A stretch of 54,372 bases of DNA from Phoronis australis (taxonomy: Eukaryota; Animalia; Phoronida). Where the stretch lies: positions 45,204 to 99,575 of the forward strand of contig NMRA01000917.1 in the NCBI GenBank assembly GCA_002633005.1. Direction: 5' to 3'. The translations under genes were made by a program, and so were the position numbers. Positions 39,601 to 52,437 of the stretch are shown here, in pieces. The notes under the pieces were generated by a model. That model was not told the origin of the DNA. It worked only from the letters and a program-made list of their open reading frames with translations, and did not search any database. Position 1 is the stretch's first letter, and each line of letters starts with the position of its first letter.

Positions 39601-42600
39601 CTTGTCACTTCTGTGTTGCCATTTTTAAGGTTACTCTAGGAAGCAAGGTTCAAGCATATTTGCCAAATGCTGTCCCTTTACTGGAGCGTTTTTGTGGTAA
39701 TCTGATATAAGTTTGCTTTGTCCGGAAATCTTGCGTTCACGAAACGCCACATTGTCTTTTACATAAATACCTTAAGTGGTGATCAGCGAAATTCTTCAAA
39801 TACTTCATGTTGGTACTCATTCTCGTGAACTCGCTCTTCCTGGGAATCCAAGCTACTCGTAAGTACTACAGGCAGAACTCATGTCAGTTTGCAATCTTTT
39901 AATAGCATATCCAAATAACTTCAATTTCCATACTTTGATTAACAGTGCCACAAATTCGTAACTCCCATCAGCACAGTTAACCTCTTCAGACCTTTATTCA
40001 ATTGTTGAACACATTGAAGTGAAAGCAGTGTTTGTTGTGTATTATGACCGGGAGAAACGGATTGTTGGCGAGAGAGAAACCTGTTTGACCATAAATTATA
40101 AACAAAGATTCGCAATTCCGACATTTTCTTCCGTGCTATCCAAGAGGAGGCGCTACTCTCCTAAATTTTCTGGTGCAGTTTCCGGTTAGTGTATTGTGAC
40201 GGGGAATTATCGCTTCTGTTTTACTGTCCAGTACAACGAGAGCAAAATAATGGTAATTGTTTATAACATGACGAAATTGACCTAAAAACATGATTTTGGT
40301 ATCGTTCGATTCCTCGCAACGTTATCTTTCCAAACATTTATGAATGTATCCCCTACCGCGTTCTCTCCGTATTTTAACGTCGAATTTCGGCTCGCACTAT
40401 TTCCCGGTTGACACCGCCATTGATAGCTCATCTCAAGATTACAGCGATACCTGTTGTTAATGAATGAAACAGCATCATCGATTCTAAATGGTGTTTGCCC
40501 GTGCGAGACTCCAGTTCAAGTTTTCCTAACATAATATGGAGGAACAAGTAGCAGCATTTCACCTTCTCCAATTATTTGAAATTGTGACCATTTGACCATT
40601 TTCCACGAGTGTCTGAAGTGATACCCTTTTCACCAATATGGACCTCAAAAACAACTTTTTTCGCGGATTTTTCAGTGCTAGCATATGCCTATCAAGGCCG
40701 CCATAGGAGCGAATTCGATCCCTTGTAATCGTAGCTCGGGCAGGGGATTGATAGGTCTCGGTCAGTTTGAACTTATGAAAAGCAACCATCTGGAGAAATC
40801 GGCAAATTAGTCCAGTTTTTGACCGTCAGGGGACACCCTCATTCAACATGGCGGCATTCTACCGGGTACCGGGAAATAGTGCGAGAAGAAATTTCATGAT
40901 AAAATACTAAGGGAACTGGGTATGAAAATTTTCTGTGTATTTCAGGAAAGATAACTTTGCAAGGAATCGAACGATACCGAAATCATATGTGTAAGTCAAT
41001 GTCGTAATACTGTAAACAATTACCAAAATACTACTTACGACATTGAATCGCTGTTCAAACTCTTAAAATAGTAGAATTGTTAGTATCGTGATTACTTGTA
41101 GTAATGCTCCTACCACCCGACCACGCAACAGCCGACCAAAATTAGCAGACGACGTACTTGCCGGTAATAACACCAGATACTTGGGCCAGTTGTCGTTAGT
41201 GAATAATGACGTAACGATGTGCGGATGAGCACAGATTTCGTCCATTGAAAGTATACGGAGTTAGCGGTCCATGTAATATAGTCTATGATTTGACAGAGTG
41301 AAACTTTATCTTATTCAATTTGGGGATGCCCTCTGGTGGAAACATGGGAAGTAAACGTGTGCGTAATCTTGCAGTGAAAGCAGCAAATGCTAAGGATAGC
41401 TCAGCCTTGGTTGCCAAAGTGCTGGTGGCTTTGGACATTATCGACTACTGTGCCCTGTTCATTTTCCTTGTGGAAATATTCTTGAAGTGGTTGGACGACT
41501 TTTGGAATTTCTGGAGGAATGGTTGGAATATATTCGACTTTGTTGTCACTGTTCTGGTGAGTAACAAATGCGTAGTATGCAACTTTTGACATCTCCTTCG
41601 AAAGTGTGAATTACCCTTCAAAAACTGTTCGGTGTGTAGCGGCTACCAAACCTGTCTTAAAAGTTTATTGGGATAAACGATCTATTCTAGGTATGTCACA
41701 TGCGTTGTATGTTATGTATAACATTGTCCAATCTCTGCGGTCTGTTTCAGTCAATCATACCTGAAGTCATTAGCTTTTCAAGCGGCAAATATGGCGACCC
41801 TGACATTACAGGAACCGGTCTGGCGGATATTGTCGAAAACTTGAGAGTCTTCCGCATTTTGCGTTCACTTAAGATGGTGACGAGGTTTCAGCAAGTGAGA
41901 GTGATTGCTTTGGCTGTTGCCAAGGCATTTAGGGTAGGATATGTCTCCCAACGTGCAATTTATGATGATATCAATAACATATTTCACTCACAACTGTAAA
42001 ATGTTTGACAACTTGACCCTCCGTAAGCCTTTGTTGTAAAGTGAACACCATTGTCTTTGATGTTAAATCCAATCTAGAAAGGATGGTATCCACGAGGCCC
42101 TTAAATCTTTCAGTACAAGATTCCATTTATATTTGACGAATAATTTTGCGACTAAATTAAATGGTTGGCCCCATAATTACTTATATTTAGATGCACAATA
42201 CTTTTCTCTAAATTATTACAACCTAAATCGCGAAAAAGCATGGATTAGTACAGAGAGATATGTGCTTATTGGTGAACGCGGTAAAAAGAGCTTCTCAGAC
42301 ATGAATCATCCACTCAGGATGACTCTCGAACTATACAAACGAGCACATGGAACCGATAGTTTGGAGTAATGGCAGGAAGGCCGCATGTTCCTCAATAAGA
42401 AAGAGGGAGTAGGCAGCGCTCATTAGGAACAACATGGAGCTCCTGAGTGTCAACAGAAGAATTATAAAAAACGTGTAGTTTATCCTTGGACAAAAATGAT
42501 AATCCCCTGATAATCTGGTTACCACGTAACAACTGACACTTTCAAAGGTTTGAAACCAGTGGTTATTAACATATGTGTGCTCTTAACAGTTTTAGAACGG

Positions 42601-45600
42601 GCATTCCAGTAGATGGCTGTAAGCTACATTACATTTACTGACCTCTAACGGTTTCTTAAAGATGACTTGAAATGAATCCCCGTTTGTTTATGCAGGTAAA
42701 TGTACGCTACATGTATGTTTTCTGATTTTATGCAATTTCTAACACTTTTGTTATGCGTGTTTCCCCATATGTATTTCAGGCGATGGTGTTTATTACAATT
42801 CTTTTATTCGTGTTCATGTACATCTTTGCCATCTTTGGAGTGACCTTGTTCGATGCCTACGCAGAATCGCCGAGAGAAGATTTGCAGTTTAAGAATAGTT
42901 TCAGGCAAGTGAAATGGGGATTACCGTCCTTGGGAATACATGTACCTACCTAAGTGCTAAACTGCGTCTGAAATGAGTCATTTAATGAAGCGATTAAGCA
43001 TTTGATTGGAGCCTACATGTACAATTGAATGAAGTTTGTGGGAGACATGATTGACTCTTAACCCAGACATGCATGATATTCAAAAACGGAAAGCCTGCAG
43101 GTGTTTATAACAATGCTGCTGGGTGCTCTGCAATATTTTGGCAGCACATTTTTTCTTCGAAAATGTGTAAAAAACACATTTTTCTCCAACAGCTTAATGC
43201 AGGTCGATTCCATTGCATTTGCTTACACAAATGTTACGTTACAGCACGTGTCTAAACGTGTTTGGCTTGGTTAAATCTCGTTCATGAGGTACACATGCTC
43301 CACCTCATTTCTGTTGGCTTAAGAAACCAATTTTTAAATTGTATTTCTGTTCTGAAATACACGGCATGCTTTCAGCTCAGTGTTGACGGCAATGGCCACG
43401 TTGTTTCAACTATTCACGCTCGATCACTGGTTTGCATTCTACAAGGATATCAGTAAAGTTGTCAACCCAACATTCGCTGGTTTCTACATCGTGTTTTGGA
43501 TCTGCATCGGATCGTTCATTTTTAGAAACATATTCGTAGGGATCATGGGTAAGTTTTAGTATCTGACTGAAAACTGAAGAAATATATGGAGTCGGCTCCT
43601 TTAGCCTGCGAGGTGAATAACACTGACCGACATTTTCACGGATCCATAAGAAACTGTATGCACGCGCACTGTGGAACAGAAAAAGGCGGAATTTCCTCTT
43701 TAGACTCAACGCTAAATGCAATTCACCATCTCTCATTTTGGTTATTTTTAGGCTAGGTGCATGCTCAGCGCATTAGCGCTTAAACTATTGCACGCTGAAT
43801 TAGAACTACCTGACTTGAAACATGTATTGGTGACGTCATGGCCAATGATAGTCGTCTACAGGCAACGGTAGCTTTAATATGCAGTCGATTTCAAGAACTC
43901 TTTGTCTGCCTTTAAAAATGCAAATTTGAAATATCATCGCTGTTAGCAATTGACATGTTTTTTGGTATAATGCAATATTATTAATTTCAGTTAACAACTT
44001 CCAAAACATTCGAAACGACTTGGTGCACGAGATACAGGAAATAGAGGACACCAAGCAGGCCAACATAAAACTAGGTCAACTCGGAACGGAACTCCACAAA
44101 CAGGTTGTAGATTATACACTAGGCAACAAGCTGATGAACATAAAACTGATGGCAAATTGGATAAATTTCATTTCCAAGAGCGGGGAATCTCTGATGCTTG
44201 CGTGTTTTCTGCTGAGTCGATATTCTATTGAAGAAACTCCAACTGAGTTCATCAAATTCGTATTTCGGTATTTTTGCTGTCACTGATCAGGGAAGCTTTA
44301 AACTCAATTCAAGGGAGTGATTTTCACTTTTCTGATGGAGGTCATTCGGGAACTCGCCCGTGCAATTGGTTTGTGTGAGTTTTTAATGGGGATACATGTA
44401 GCTAGCGTTGACCCATCAAGGCAGGCTGAACGAGCACACTACCTAGGGCAGCCAAGAATTTTCTCCATGCGCGCGCACATCCTTTAATATGGGGGGCTCG
44501 AATCTCTGGCGAAGTGGACTTTTTGCTAAAAAAAGCGGGATGACTAAAAAAACGGGGTACCACCTTCAGGTTTATAAACACTGCGTCTACGCCTTCTTCG
44601 TGAACTTTTGTCTCGTTTTCTCGGACTTTTTGTTTCTCTGAGGCGGACCTTTTTACGCACTCCGACTGGGTGCTCGCATGATCTCATTGCTTCAGGGAAA
44701 TTGCGAATCGACGTCCTGTAGCAAAGCCCAAAAATGAGGTGGTTTGCTACACTGTTATAAGCTGGAAAATGGTGAAGTTCTACTGGAATCTATTTTCCAA
44801 GTTTTCCTGTTGTAGATGCGGAAAGTTGAGTGTCATTTGGCTAATTCCCAAGGTGTTCTAGGCTGGAGGCGCAGTTCTTAACATAAATGATCATCCAACC
44901 CTCCAATTTAACACCGGGTTGGAAAACGACCCAGTTTTCCTTTTTATACGCTCGTACATGTATATGCATGCTTACATGCTTATTGCAGTCATCCCTGTCT
45001 GTGCATTCCAGCATACGGAGTATCTCCTAAAACAAATGCAGGATCTCGGTAAGGTTTGGCAGCTCTGTTACTACGGTGATACTGGTGAGAGACCATTGCT
45101 GTGTTCCTTTTTGGACAATTTTAATCGGTTTCGCTTGCCTCTGTAACTTCAGATTTCCTGAACGGATCTCCAGAAAATTTGGTAAATAGACAATTTCAAG
45201 CTGATTTCGCAAGTCTTACGCCACGTAGTGGGCACTGTATTTATTGTGGGGTCGTTTTTCGAGTTTATATTAAGGAAAGTGGAATTCCTGTCCCAGGTGT
45301 TCGACGTATTCTGTGCCAACTAGTGGCCAATTTTTACAAAGTCTGTTTTGTTGTTCTCTTCTAAATGTATATCTTTCAAACCTCTCCACGATCATAACGG
45401 AAACTGGCAGATAAGTTGCTTCTGAGAAGACCATGGCAGATATTGATTTTAGATGGATCTGATTATTGTGGCATTTTTTTGTTTTGCATATGCAATATAT
45501 CTCCCTACTCCGTACCCGAGAGTAACGGCTGTGGAATTTGGCAAATGTGTTTTACACGTATCTACGCACTTTATGAAGTTGAAGGAAAACAGCTCACGAC

Positions 45601-48600
45601 GTGTCATACAATGGAACCCATGCAAAATAAATACATGTTTATTGCGTTGATTAGGCGTATTGTGGAGGGACTGTTAAATAAAATTATACTGTATACTGTG
45701 CTAGGATGACAAACACAGAGAAATTGAGCATATGTACAACAAACCCTTACAAGAGGAACTGAAAGAGCCTGCTGCAGAGCCGGATGCTCAGACAACCATG
45801 AAGTGTGAAGACTCGGAAAGGAGGAAGAGCTCTTCTTCCAAGTCCGAACACCGTGATTCGGAGCAAAGTTACACCAGACGTGTCTCACAGTTCTCACACT
45901 TGACTGGTGCCGACCTCCACCGAGCTGTTTCGCAGCACATACAGGATTCCACGGATGACAGTAAACGTAAGTTGCTTGTGCAATGAGCCTTATTACTCTG
46001 CAAGGGCTTTCGAGTGCGTTTAGTGTGTTATCTGCGAATATATTATTCAGGGGCGTAGCTACCCTATACTGGAATACGCACGTGTGTCTTAAATGAAAAA
46101 AACAAATTTGTAAGAATTTCATAGGCTGTTAATTTGTACAAAAATTGAGAAAACTCATTCTTGAAGACTGATGCTCGCTTTAAGAACCACGTGATGGACA
46201 GTTTATTTCACAAATAACACTGTTATCAAATAACAAGGACAACCGCATTGATTTAGAACGACATAGTTCACCGAACCTGAAAGGAAGACACAGGGTATCA
46301 AAAGGTTTTTAGTTTTGCATTGGAGTTCAGTACTTATTCCACTTCTTTATGGTATTTTATAGTCAAAACGTGAGCCACGATTACCACACTTTAACTATCA
46401 CAGCTTTGTCGACAAGGAGTTATGAGACATGACGTATGTGGTTCATCAACAACGTATGCTACGTATGCCTCTGTTGCTGCTTTATGTAATTAACTCACCA
46501 CCTTCTTTTAATTGCGCAGGGTGTAAACCTCTTCATTTGTAAAGACGGTTTCAGTGTCGTTAGTAGAATGATCGGTTTATTTGTCTTGAGATTACTTTAT
46601 CTAGGCAGCTGTTTCGAAAATCTATGTCGCTAGCTCGTCGCATACACTTTAGATATCGGTAGGCACATCCATTTTTCATTTTGTTTTTCTTTTTTATAAT
46701 AAGAAAATGGTAAGCAGTTATCGGTAAGTCGCTGATGTGCTTCCGAGGTACGATATCATTTCGACTAGTATTGATATATCCGACAAAGACGCAACAAAGA
46801 AAAACTATGGTAGCGTCCCATAGGCGATGACAATGCGACGGGCTTACTAGGTCAGCCACGTGGCTTAGTGTTAATTGTGACATTTTACGTCACGCCGCCA
46901 GGTGGCGCAGTCTCAGTGTCAAAGGAGTGGCACCAAACATTTCTCCGTTCAGGCTTGACGAGTTGTGTGTAGTTACATGTATGCGTACTATTATGGAAAA
47001 CGCCTAGCGTCACCTTGTAACGCCGGAGTCATTTCTGACACTGCGTGTGGAATCATTCCCGACAAGCTTACGCGTCGATAACGCGCTCGGACAGAGCTCG
47101 AACGCATGTCGACGTTCTTAAATGAGAACCAGGATTAACCAGTGTCAAAGTTACCACAGTGTGATGAATAAACCATTCAGGTCATATTTTCGATGTCCAT
47201 CCCATTTTCACTATTTGGAAGTCCACGAATTTCACTTAAAACTTGGTCAATAGCTGAATTTCGAAATATCTGCGCCATATTGAAATTCAGTTTACAGCCA
47301 GACGGCGATCAGGTCTTTGATGAAAAAACGTTTTGCGCCAATCTGCTGCTAGAAATTGCGTTTTGACACATTTTTGCTGTTGTAATCCTGGCAAATTTCC
47401 ATAGTTGTGCCTTGGGATGGACTAATGCCTCAGGAAAAAGGTGAACATTTTCAAATAGCAATGGGTTGGCAAGGACATCATGTTCTATGCATTTCCCACT
47501 GCGAAGAAGTATTCACCAATAAAGACCCTGGCTGCCGTTGATAAAGCGTGAGAATGTCGATCCCAGCCGGTGTGAAAAAGCTATAAATGAATGAACGAAA
47601 GGTTTTGAGGGACTGACGGTGCAGCTTACCCCTCTACTTGTAAGTTAATGAGCTACTGAGTAGTACATGTACATGTCTGCCCACCAAATCTGTGTCTGAA
47701 GTCACTTCCCTGTTCTCATTACTCTAGAGAGCAACAATTTGAAAACTCTTGTCATTTCCAAAAACTGGCCCACACGGCAAGTCCCAAGCAGATCATGACT
47801 GTTTCGAATAATGTGAGTGAGCATGCAAACTTGTCCCTTATCGGTCAATGCGCTTTACTGTATTAGCGTGAGTACAAACGTACGACTCGTCGCAAGGTGA
47901 CGCCAGGCGCGTTCTGTAACGTTTGATTTGTTGCAGTGTGGCAAACCGTGGTGATGGACAACCTCGAGGCAATTTCTCGTAACCCCATACAAACAATATG
48001 GCCGCGAGACACGCTGTTTGCCTACTTTGTTCTAATGGAGCATTTAATGGAGAATTTAGCGGAGAGAGGAAAACTTCTGAACTTGGCGGGTACGTTTATC
48101 CACGGCTATTAATTCACATGTAAACACATGGGCCAATGCGAACAAAACATTTCTCCAGAATTGAGCGGTGTCGAACATACAGCCATCCGAGATTACACTG
48201 CGACACTTGAATCTCGCTACATTTAGTAACAACGGCAAGATATCCGTCACCCACTTTTGTATTGCGCCATTGGGTTCACATGAGTTTTTGTTGTCTTATT
48301 ACAAGTTTTCCTCGGCTGTATTACTCTGTTGTTCGTTCAATCGCCAACGAAGTATGACTTCCGAGTTACAGCCGTCATGTGTACGCCCATATACAACATA
48401 AAAGATTGGTTGTTTTGATAACTACAGAATCAGTCGCTCGCACCACGGTAGACTTTCAACGAATAGTCCGTAATTGTTTTGTGAAGAAGCAAGCACATTT
48501 TCGTTGAAACTTTTTCTGGTTTACTTGCGTTGGGAAGAATGTGTCCTTGGATGTTCTCTCTTAGTCTGGATGCAATAAGGGAACAAAATTAGACAAAATC

Positions 48601-48690
48601 CGTGACTCAATTATAGTTGACTCACGCAAATTGATGTTCTTTTCAGCACAGTCATTGGTACAAATGCATGACGTCAGAGGTCACCACTGA
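36621..48690 (+). CDS. CATSPER2: Cation channel sperm-associated protein 2 (CatSper2), spliced
   Basis: Exons: (36621-36646, tentative start), 36818-36969, 38621-38797, 39787-39858, 41375-41556, 41751-41933, 42780-42904, 43376-43548, 43991-44103, 45012-45048, 45153-45181, 45705-45966, 47937-48089, 48647-48690 (TGA); all phases join. CatSper2-specific blocks: PHAEIFRSRLIQDFHLL, NPPLDMWAHWIVDS, FWRNGWNIFDFVVT, S4 LRVFRILRSLK, YAESPREDL, pore LFTLDHW, GSFIFRNIFVGIMVNNFQNIR, C-terminal WPRDTLFAYF...NLAERGKL. The start codon and the low-complexity tail exons (45012-45966) are less certain. Confidence 0.93.
37039..37125. repeat. Imperfect hairpin, probable MITE core
   Basis: ttgtcttaagttacgaccaaagtcgaatattctg pairs with caggattttggacttcgaccttaacttggacaa. 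Confidence 0.5.
37507..37898 (-). mobile_element. tRNA-derived SINE in a CatSper2 intron
   Basis: Minus-strand head GGAGACAGTGGTCTCAGTGGTTTGAGC...GGTTGGAATCC contains Pol III A box and B box at tRNA spacing but no intact cloverleaf. The body ends in a short TAAGTAAAGTAA tail; the 3' boundary is approximate. Confidence 0.6.
38798..39786 (+). other. U12-type (minor spliceosome) GT-AG intron in CatSper2
   Basis: 5' end GTATCCTTC matches the U12 donor consensus. TACCTTAAG (39768-39776) resembles the U12 branch site, lies about 10 nt before the CAG, and has no polypyrimidine tract after it. Splicing restores WIVDSKFFKYF. Confidence 0.85.
40252..41024. mobile_element. Merlin-like non-autonomous DNA transposon
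   Basis: About 170-bp imperfect TIRs starting GGTAATTGTTT and ending AAACAATTACC; 8-bp flanks AAAATAAT / AAAATACT. GG termini with an 8-bp TSD fit Merlin/IS1016. Confidence 0.75.
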
Positions 48691-51066
48691 AAACCGATAA
48701 CGTCCGAAGGAGCCCAAACAGCTTGCGACTACGTATTACCCTTTATTGTCGAAGATCGACGGTGTCTTGAATATTAAACGCGTCAAAGTTCTAATGAAGT
48801 GTTGGGATTACTGTCAGTTCTGTTGTACTTTTAATCCAATCTTCCATTACCGGCATTCGCCGAAATTTGTTCATCGAAGATGTTGTTATGTGTTTTTTCT
48901 TTGGACCCACATTATTTTAACCAAAAGGCACTACACATGCAAGAGTGCCGTTATTTTAGAGCCATCTTGATACTTGTTTAGGGAAAATATTTGTTCTGAA
49001 AGCGTGAGACCCCTAAATCGTGATCATTGTTTATTTATTGTTTTTTCACATAAACGGAAAAAATCAGAGCAGCAAGGCCCTCTGATATTCAAAAGTCATT
49101 ATTTTTGCTGTGACGGTTTCAGAAGCAGCTTTAACGGGACCCGCGTTCCCCTTTAGCCGTCCATTTTCAAAGTTGTGAGCGATTTAGGCAGCATGAATAC
49201 TTTTTGCATAAGTGGCGTCATGATCACAAAGATGGGTAGCTTTGTTTTTCTACCACCGATGTCTCCGTTGGCTGGAACAGCGATACATTAGTGAGCTGTG
49301 TCGCTAGATGTCGATAGCGTTTTACGTTACAGATGTTCATGGCAACCCTTATTTACCTGTGTCTTTGATGCAATGTTTAAGACTACGCGGTGCTTAAAAG
49401 AGGTGTGGTTTCCTTATCCACAGTAACTGGTACATGTATAATGATCCTGTTAAGTAGGCGACCTCTGTTGTGGAGTACCGGTAACTGAATTCAAATTGTC
49501 GTAGAATCTTCTGACTCAATGAAATTGATATTTCGAAAATAACTAATGTATACTCGAGTTTACCTAAGGCATGCATTTTAAGTTATTGAATCTTTATTTG
49601 GTTTTGCATTGTTTGACGTCAAAATTATTACAAGGCTACAAGTGTTACGAATCTAGGGATTTTTTTTAACAAACACGAGTACTTTTAATCGACATTAAGT
49701 GAGCTTCGACAAAGCAGGCGCTCTTCGGCGGCCACGGCTTTAACGTAGAAACAACATTTACATTTCCCAGCCACTCTTGTGCGAAAAGGCACGGACGCCC
49801 GGCTTTCAAAATATTTACAACGGTTTCGTTAAGTTACGATTATAAATACTATGTATGATCTTGTATACAAGTCTTGTACTGTGTATAGGCTAAGATCTCC
49901 ACAGAATTTAAGTCGGATCTTTGGAAACCTGTAGTCCGCCTTTATACCAATTAATTCGGTCAACAGACCACCTGATTTTGAAAAATGAAGCGAAAAAGGT
50001 GCGTTTAGCTCCGGCTCTGCAGTCCATTCACGGTCTCTTCTTAGATTTGATATGAAGGTAATAACGTAAGCGTTGCTCTGGAATGTTCATTCGTATGTTA
50101 GTACCCAACCTTCTCGAGTTATTTTAAACTTTCTCATGATTGTTCTTTTATTGATTGATTTCTTGTACCATGGTTCCAGTGTAATTTGACTAGCCTGTAT
50201 AAGATTTTAACTTGTGAATGCTTCTCGTGAAGTGCTGCAAAACTACGCGAAGTTTCCGACTCCAATGCAATGTTCTCGCGTTATTCGAGATGTACTTGCA
50301 ATGTATGAATCACATTCGACGCTGGTACCACAGGCGCTAGGGTTTATCGCAAATGACGTCACTCAATAATATATATAAGAAAACATAAAGGTTGGACACT
50401 CGAAATCTGTTTGCTCAGAATTTTCTACTCAAATGTGCATGGAACTCCACGAAACTAGCATCGGACAACTCTTAGAATACCTTCTTTCATTTGATCTCTT
50501 CAAATTGCCTTCGAGTGGTGATTTGGCGACAAAAATGCCAAAAGAATGCCAAAATCAGAAATTCAAGGACCTGATTCCGTGATGTCATGGCAGACGGTCT
50601 TCGCACATCCGGGTTTTGACCGACGCTCCCGAGCTAAATCCGAAAGTCTAATTTCGCGCGGCTTTCGCCGTCAATCCATCGACTACTTGATCATGAGAAG
50701 CAGAGAGCACTTTATTGCCAAATAAATGTAATTACTCACATATTTGTGTCAAATATAAATTATCCTNNNNNNNNNNNNNNNNNNNNNNNNNNNNNNNNNN
50801 NNNNNNNNNNNNNNNNNNNNNNNNNNNNNNNNNNNNNNNNNNNNNNNNNNNNNNNNNNNNNNNNNNNNNNNNNNNNNNNNNNNNNNNNNNNNNNNNNNNN
50901 NNNNNNNNNNNNNNNNNNNNNNNNNNNNNNNNNNNNNNNNNNNNNNNNNNNNNNNNNNNNNNNNNNNNNNNNNNNNNNNNNNNNNNNNNNNNNNNNNNNN
51001 NNNNNNNNNNNNNNNNNNNNNNNNNNNNNNNNNNNNNNNNNNNNNNNNNNNNNNNNNNNNNNNNNN

Positions 51067-51133
<67 letters not shown>
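51067..51133. repeat. (TA)n microsatellite next to an N gap (50767-51066)
   Basis: Direct reading of the sequence. Confidence 0.97.
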
Positions 51134-51136
<3 letters not shown>

Positions 51137-52437
51137 GACGTCATTTGCGATAAACCCAAGCGCCTGTGGCTGGTACGTGTCTCAGTCACCAGTGCAGGTA
51201 CGTCTCAGCGTTCAAGAAGAATATGGGTTCTGTTACTCGCACGGAATGTGTCTCGTAAAAGGCTGATGGGAATGTTTTTAGGTCAAATCGGACGCAGGAT
51301 GGGTTGAGGTGGCGAGTTTTCGGTTGCTCGCTTTGCAGAGCCGTATTACGCAATGGATAACCATTGTCATCATCACCATTGGAAGTTGCTTTGTAATTTC
51401 CAGTTGTATTATTGACGGCGCTACTGGACTGGAGGTGGGAGCCGCCTGTCCAACCAAACATGACTGTATGTCTGCAGGGGCGTAACAGTCACTATGATCA
51501 ATGAGAAAGCGACCGATTTGCGAATGTTTTATTGAAGACAAAAGGGCTATGGCAAAGAAAAAGTCTATGAGTTCAAGATTTGGATGCCCTGAAGCCTGTA
51601 AAGGGAGAAGATTTTCAACTATAGTTGAACGCACTTTCGACAAAATACGTCTGTTCCGGATTAAGGCTTTTCAGTTTATCTACTGTAGGCTACAATAGTT
51701 TGGGCATTTAATACGCAATCTCATTGCGATCGCGACCATTTCCTAACCTATCGCCGCCAGAATTTTCGAGAGACAACTCAAATGGTGAGATTTATCCTTG
51801 TCCTGCGGTCTGAAAGTCTTTCGACCTAATACCATTTTCTTCATGGATAATCCGGCACTTCAAGGTGTAGCATGCAACATAGTAGTCTATACGATTAAGG
51901 AAATACTAATATTGGAATTTCCAGTTTTTTTACAACTGAGATTCATAGCCAAAGCTGTACACTCAGTAAGCACTTTTGATTCGACTACTTCGACCTACAT
52001 GTACATGTACGTGTATGTTCAGATTGAACGCAATTTTTACAACAGAAAAAAAACTAGTTCTGTGTCTTGTTTTCTACAATTGCGTTGTTGTAGAATCCTC
52101 AGTATCTATACAGGAGCTGCAGAACATGATGCTTTTGAAGCCGAAATTCAAAATTTGATTTCTATAATCGACAGTCAATTGTTCCACAATATGTAACAGA
52201 ATTCGTGAACATAGTAACTACAGGAGGTTTTGTTCAATATTTTTAGATACACGATGAGGAATAATGTACGTTTTATTGTTTTCTTTCTAATATTCCCTCT
52301 TGTCCAGCAGTTACAGTCACGCCATTGTGGAGGTTCAAATAAAACAATTAAATGACATTGGAAGATTCGCAGAAATTTCGTTTTTATGGCAGCTTCTAAT
52401 TACCATACATATGCTGTGTATGATGACGAACGAAAAC

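Noticed and set aside
39420-39690. Possible CORE-SINE remnant on the minus strand
   Set aside because: Similarity too faint; no Pol III boxes or tail seen.
45604-46122. 172-aa minus-strand ORF (and similar antisense ORFs at 17333-17749, 20416-20754, 43410-43736)
   Set aside because: Shadow frames of real exons or chance ORFs with no recognisable motifs.
50715-51266. ORFs with poly-X and YIYI repeats (also ORFs at 27878-28157 and 23242-23436)
   Set aside because: Artefacts of N gaps and microsatellites.
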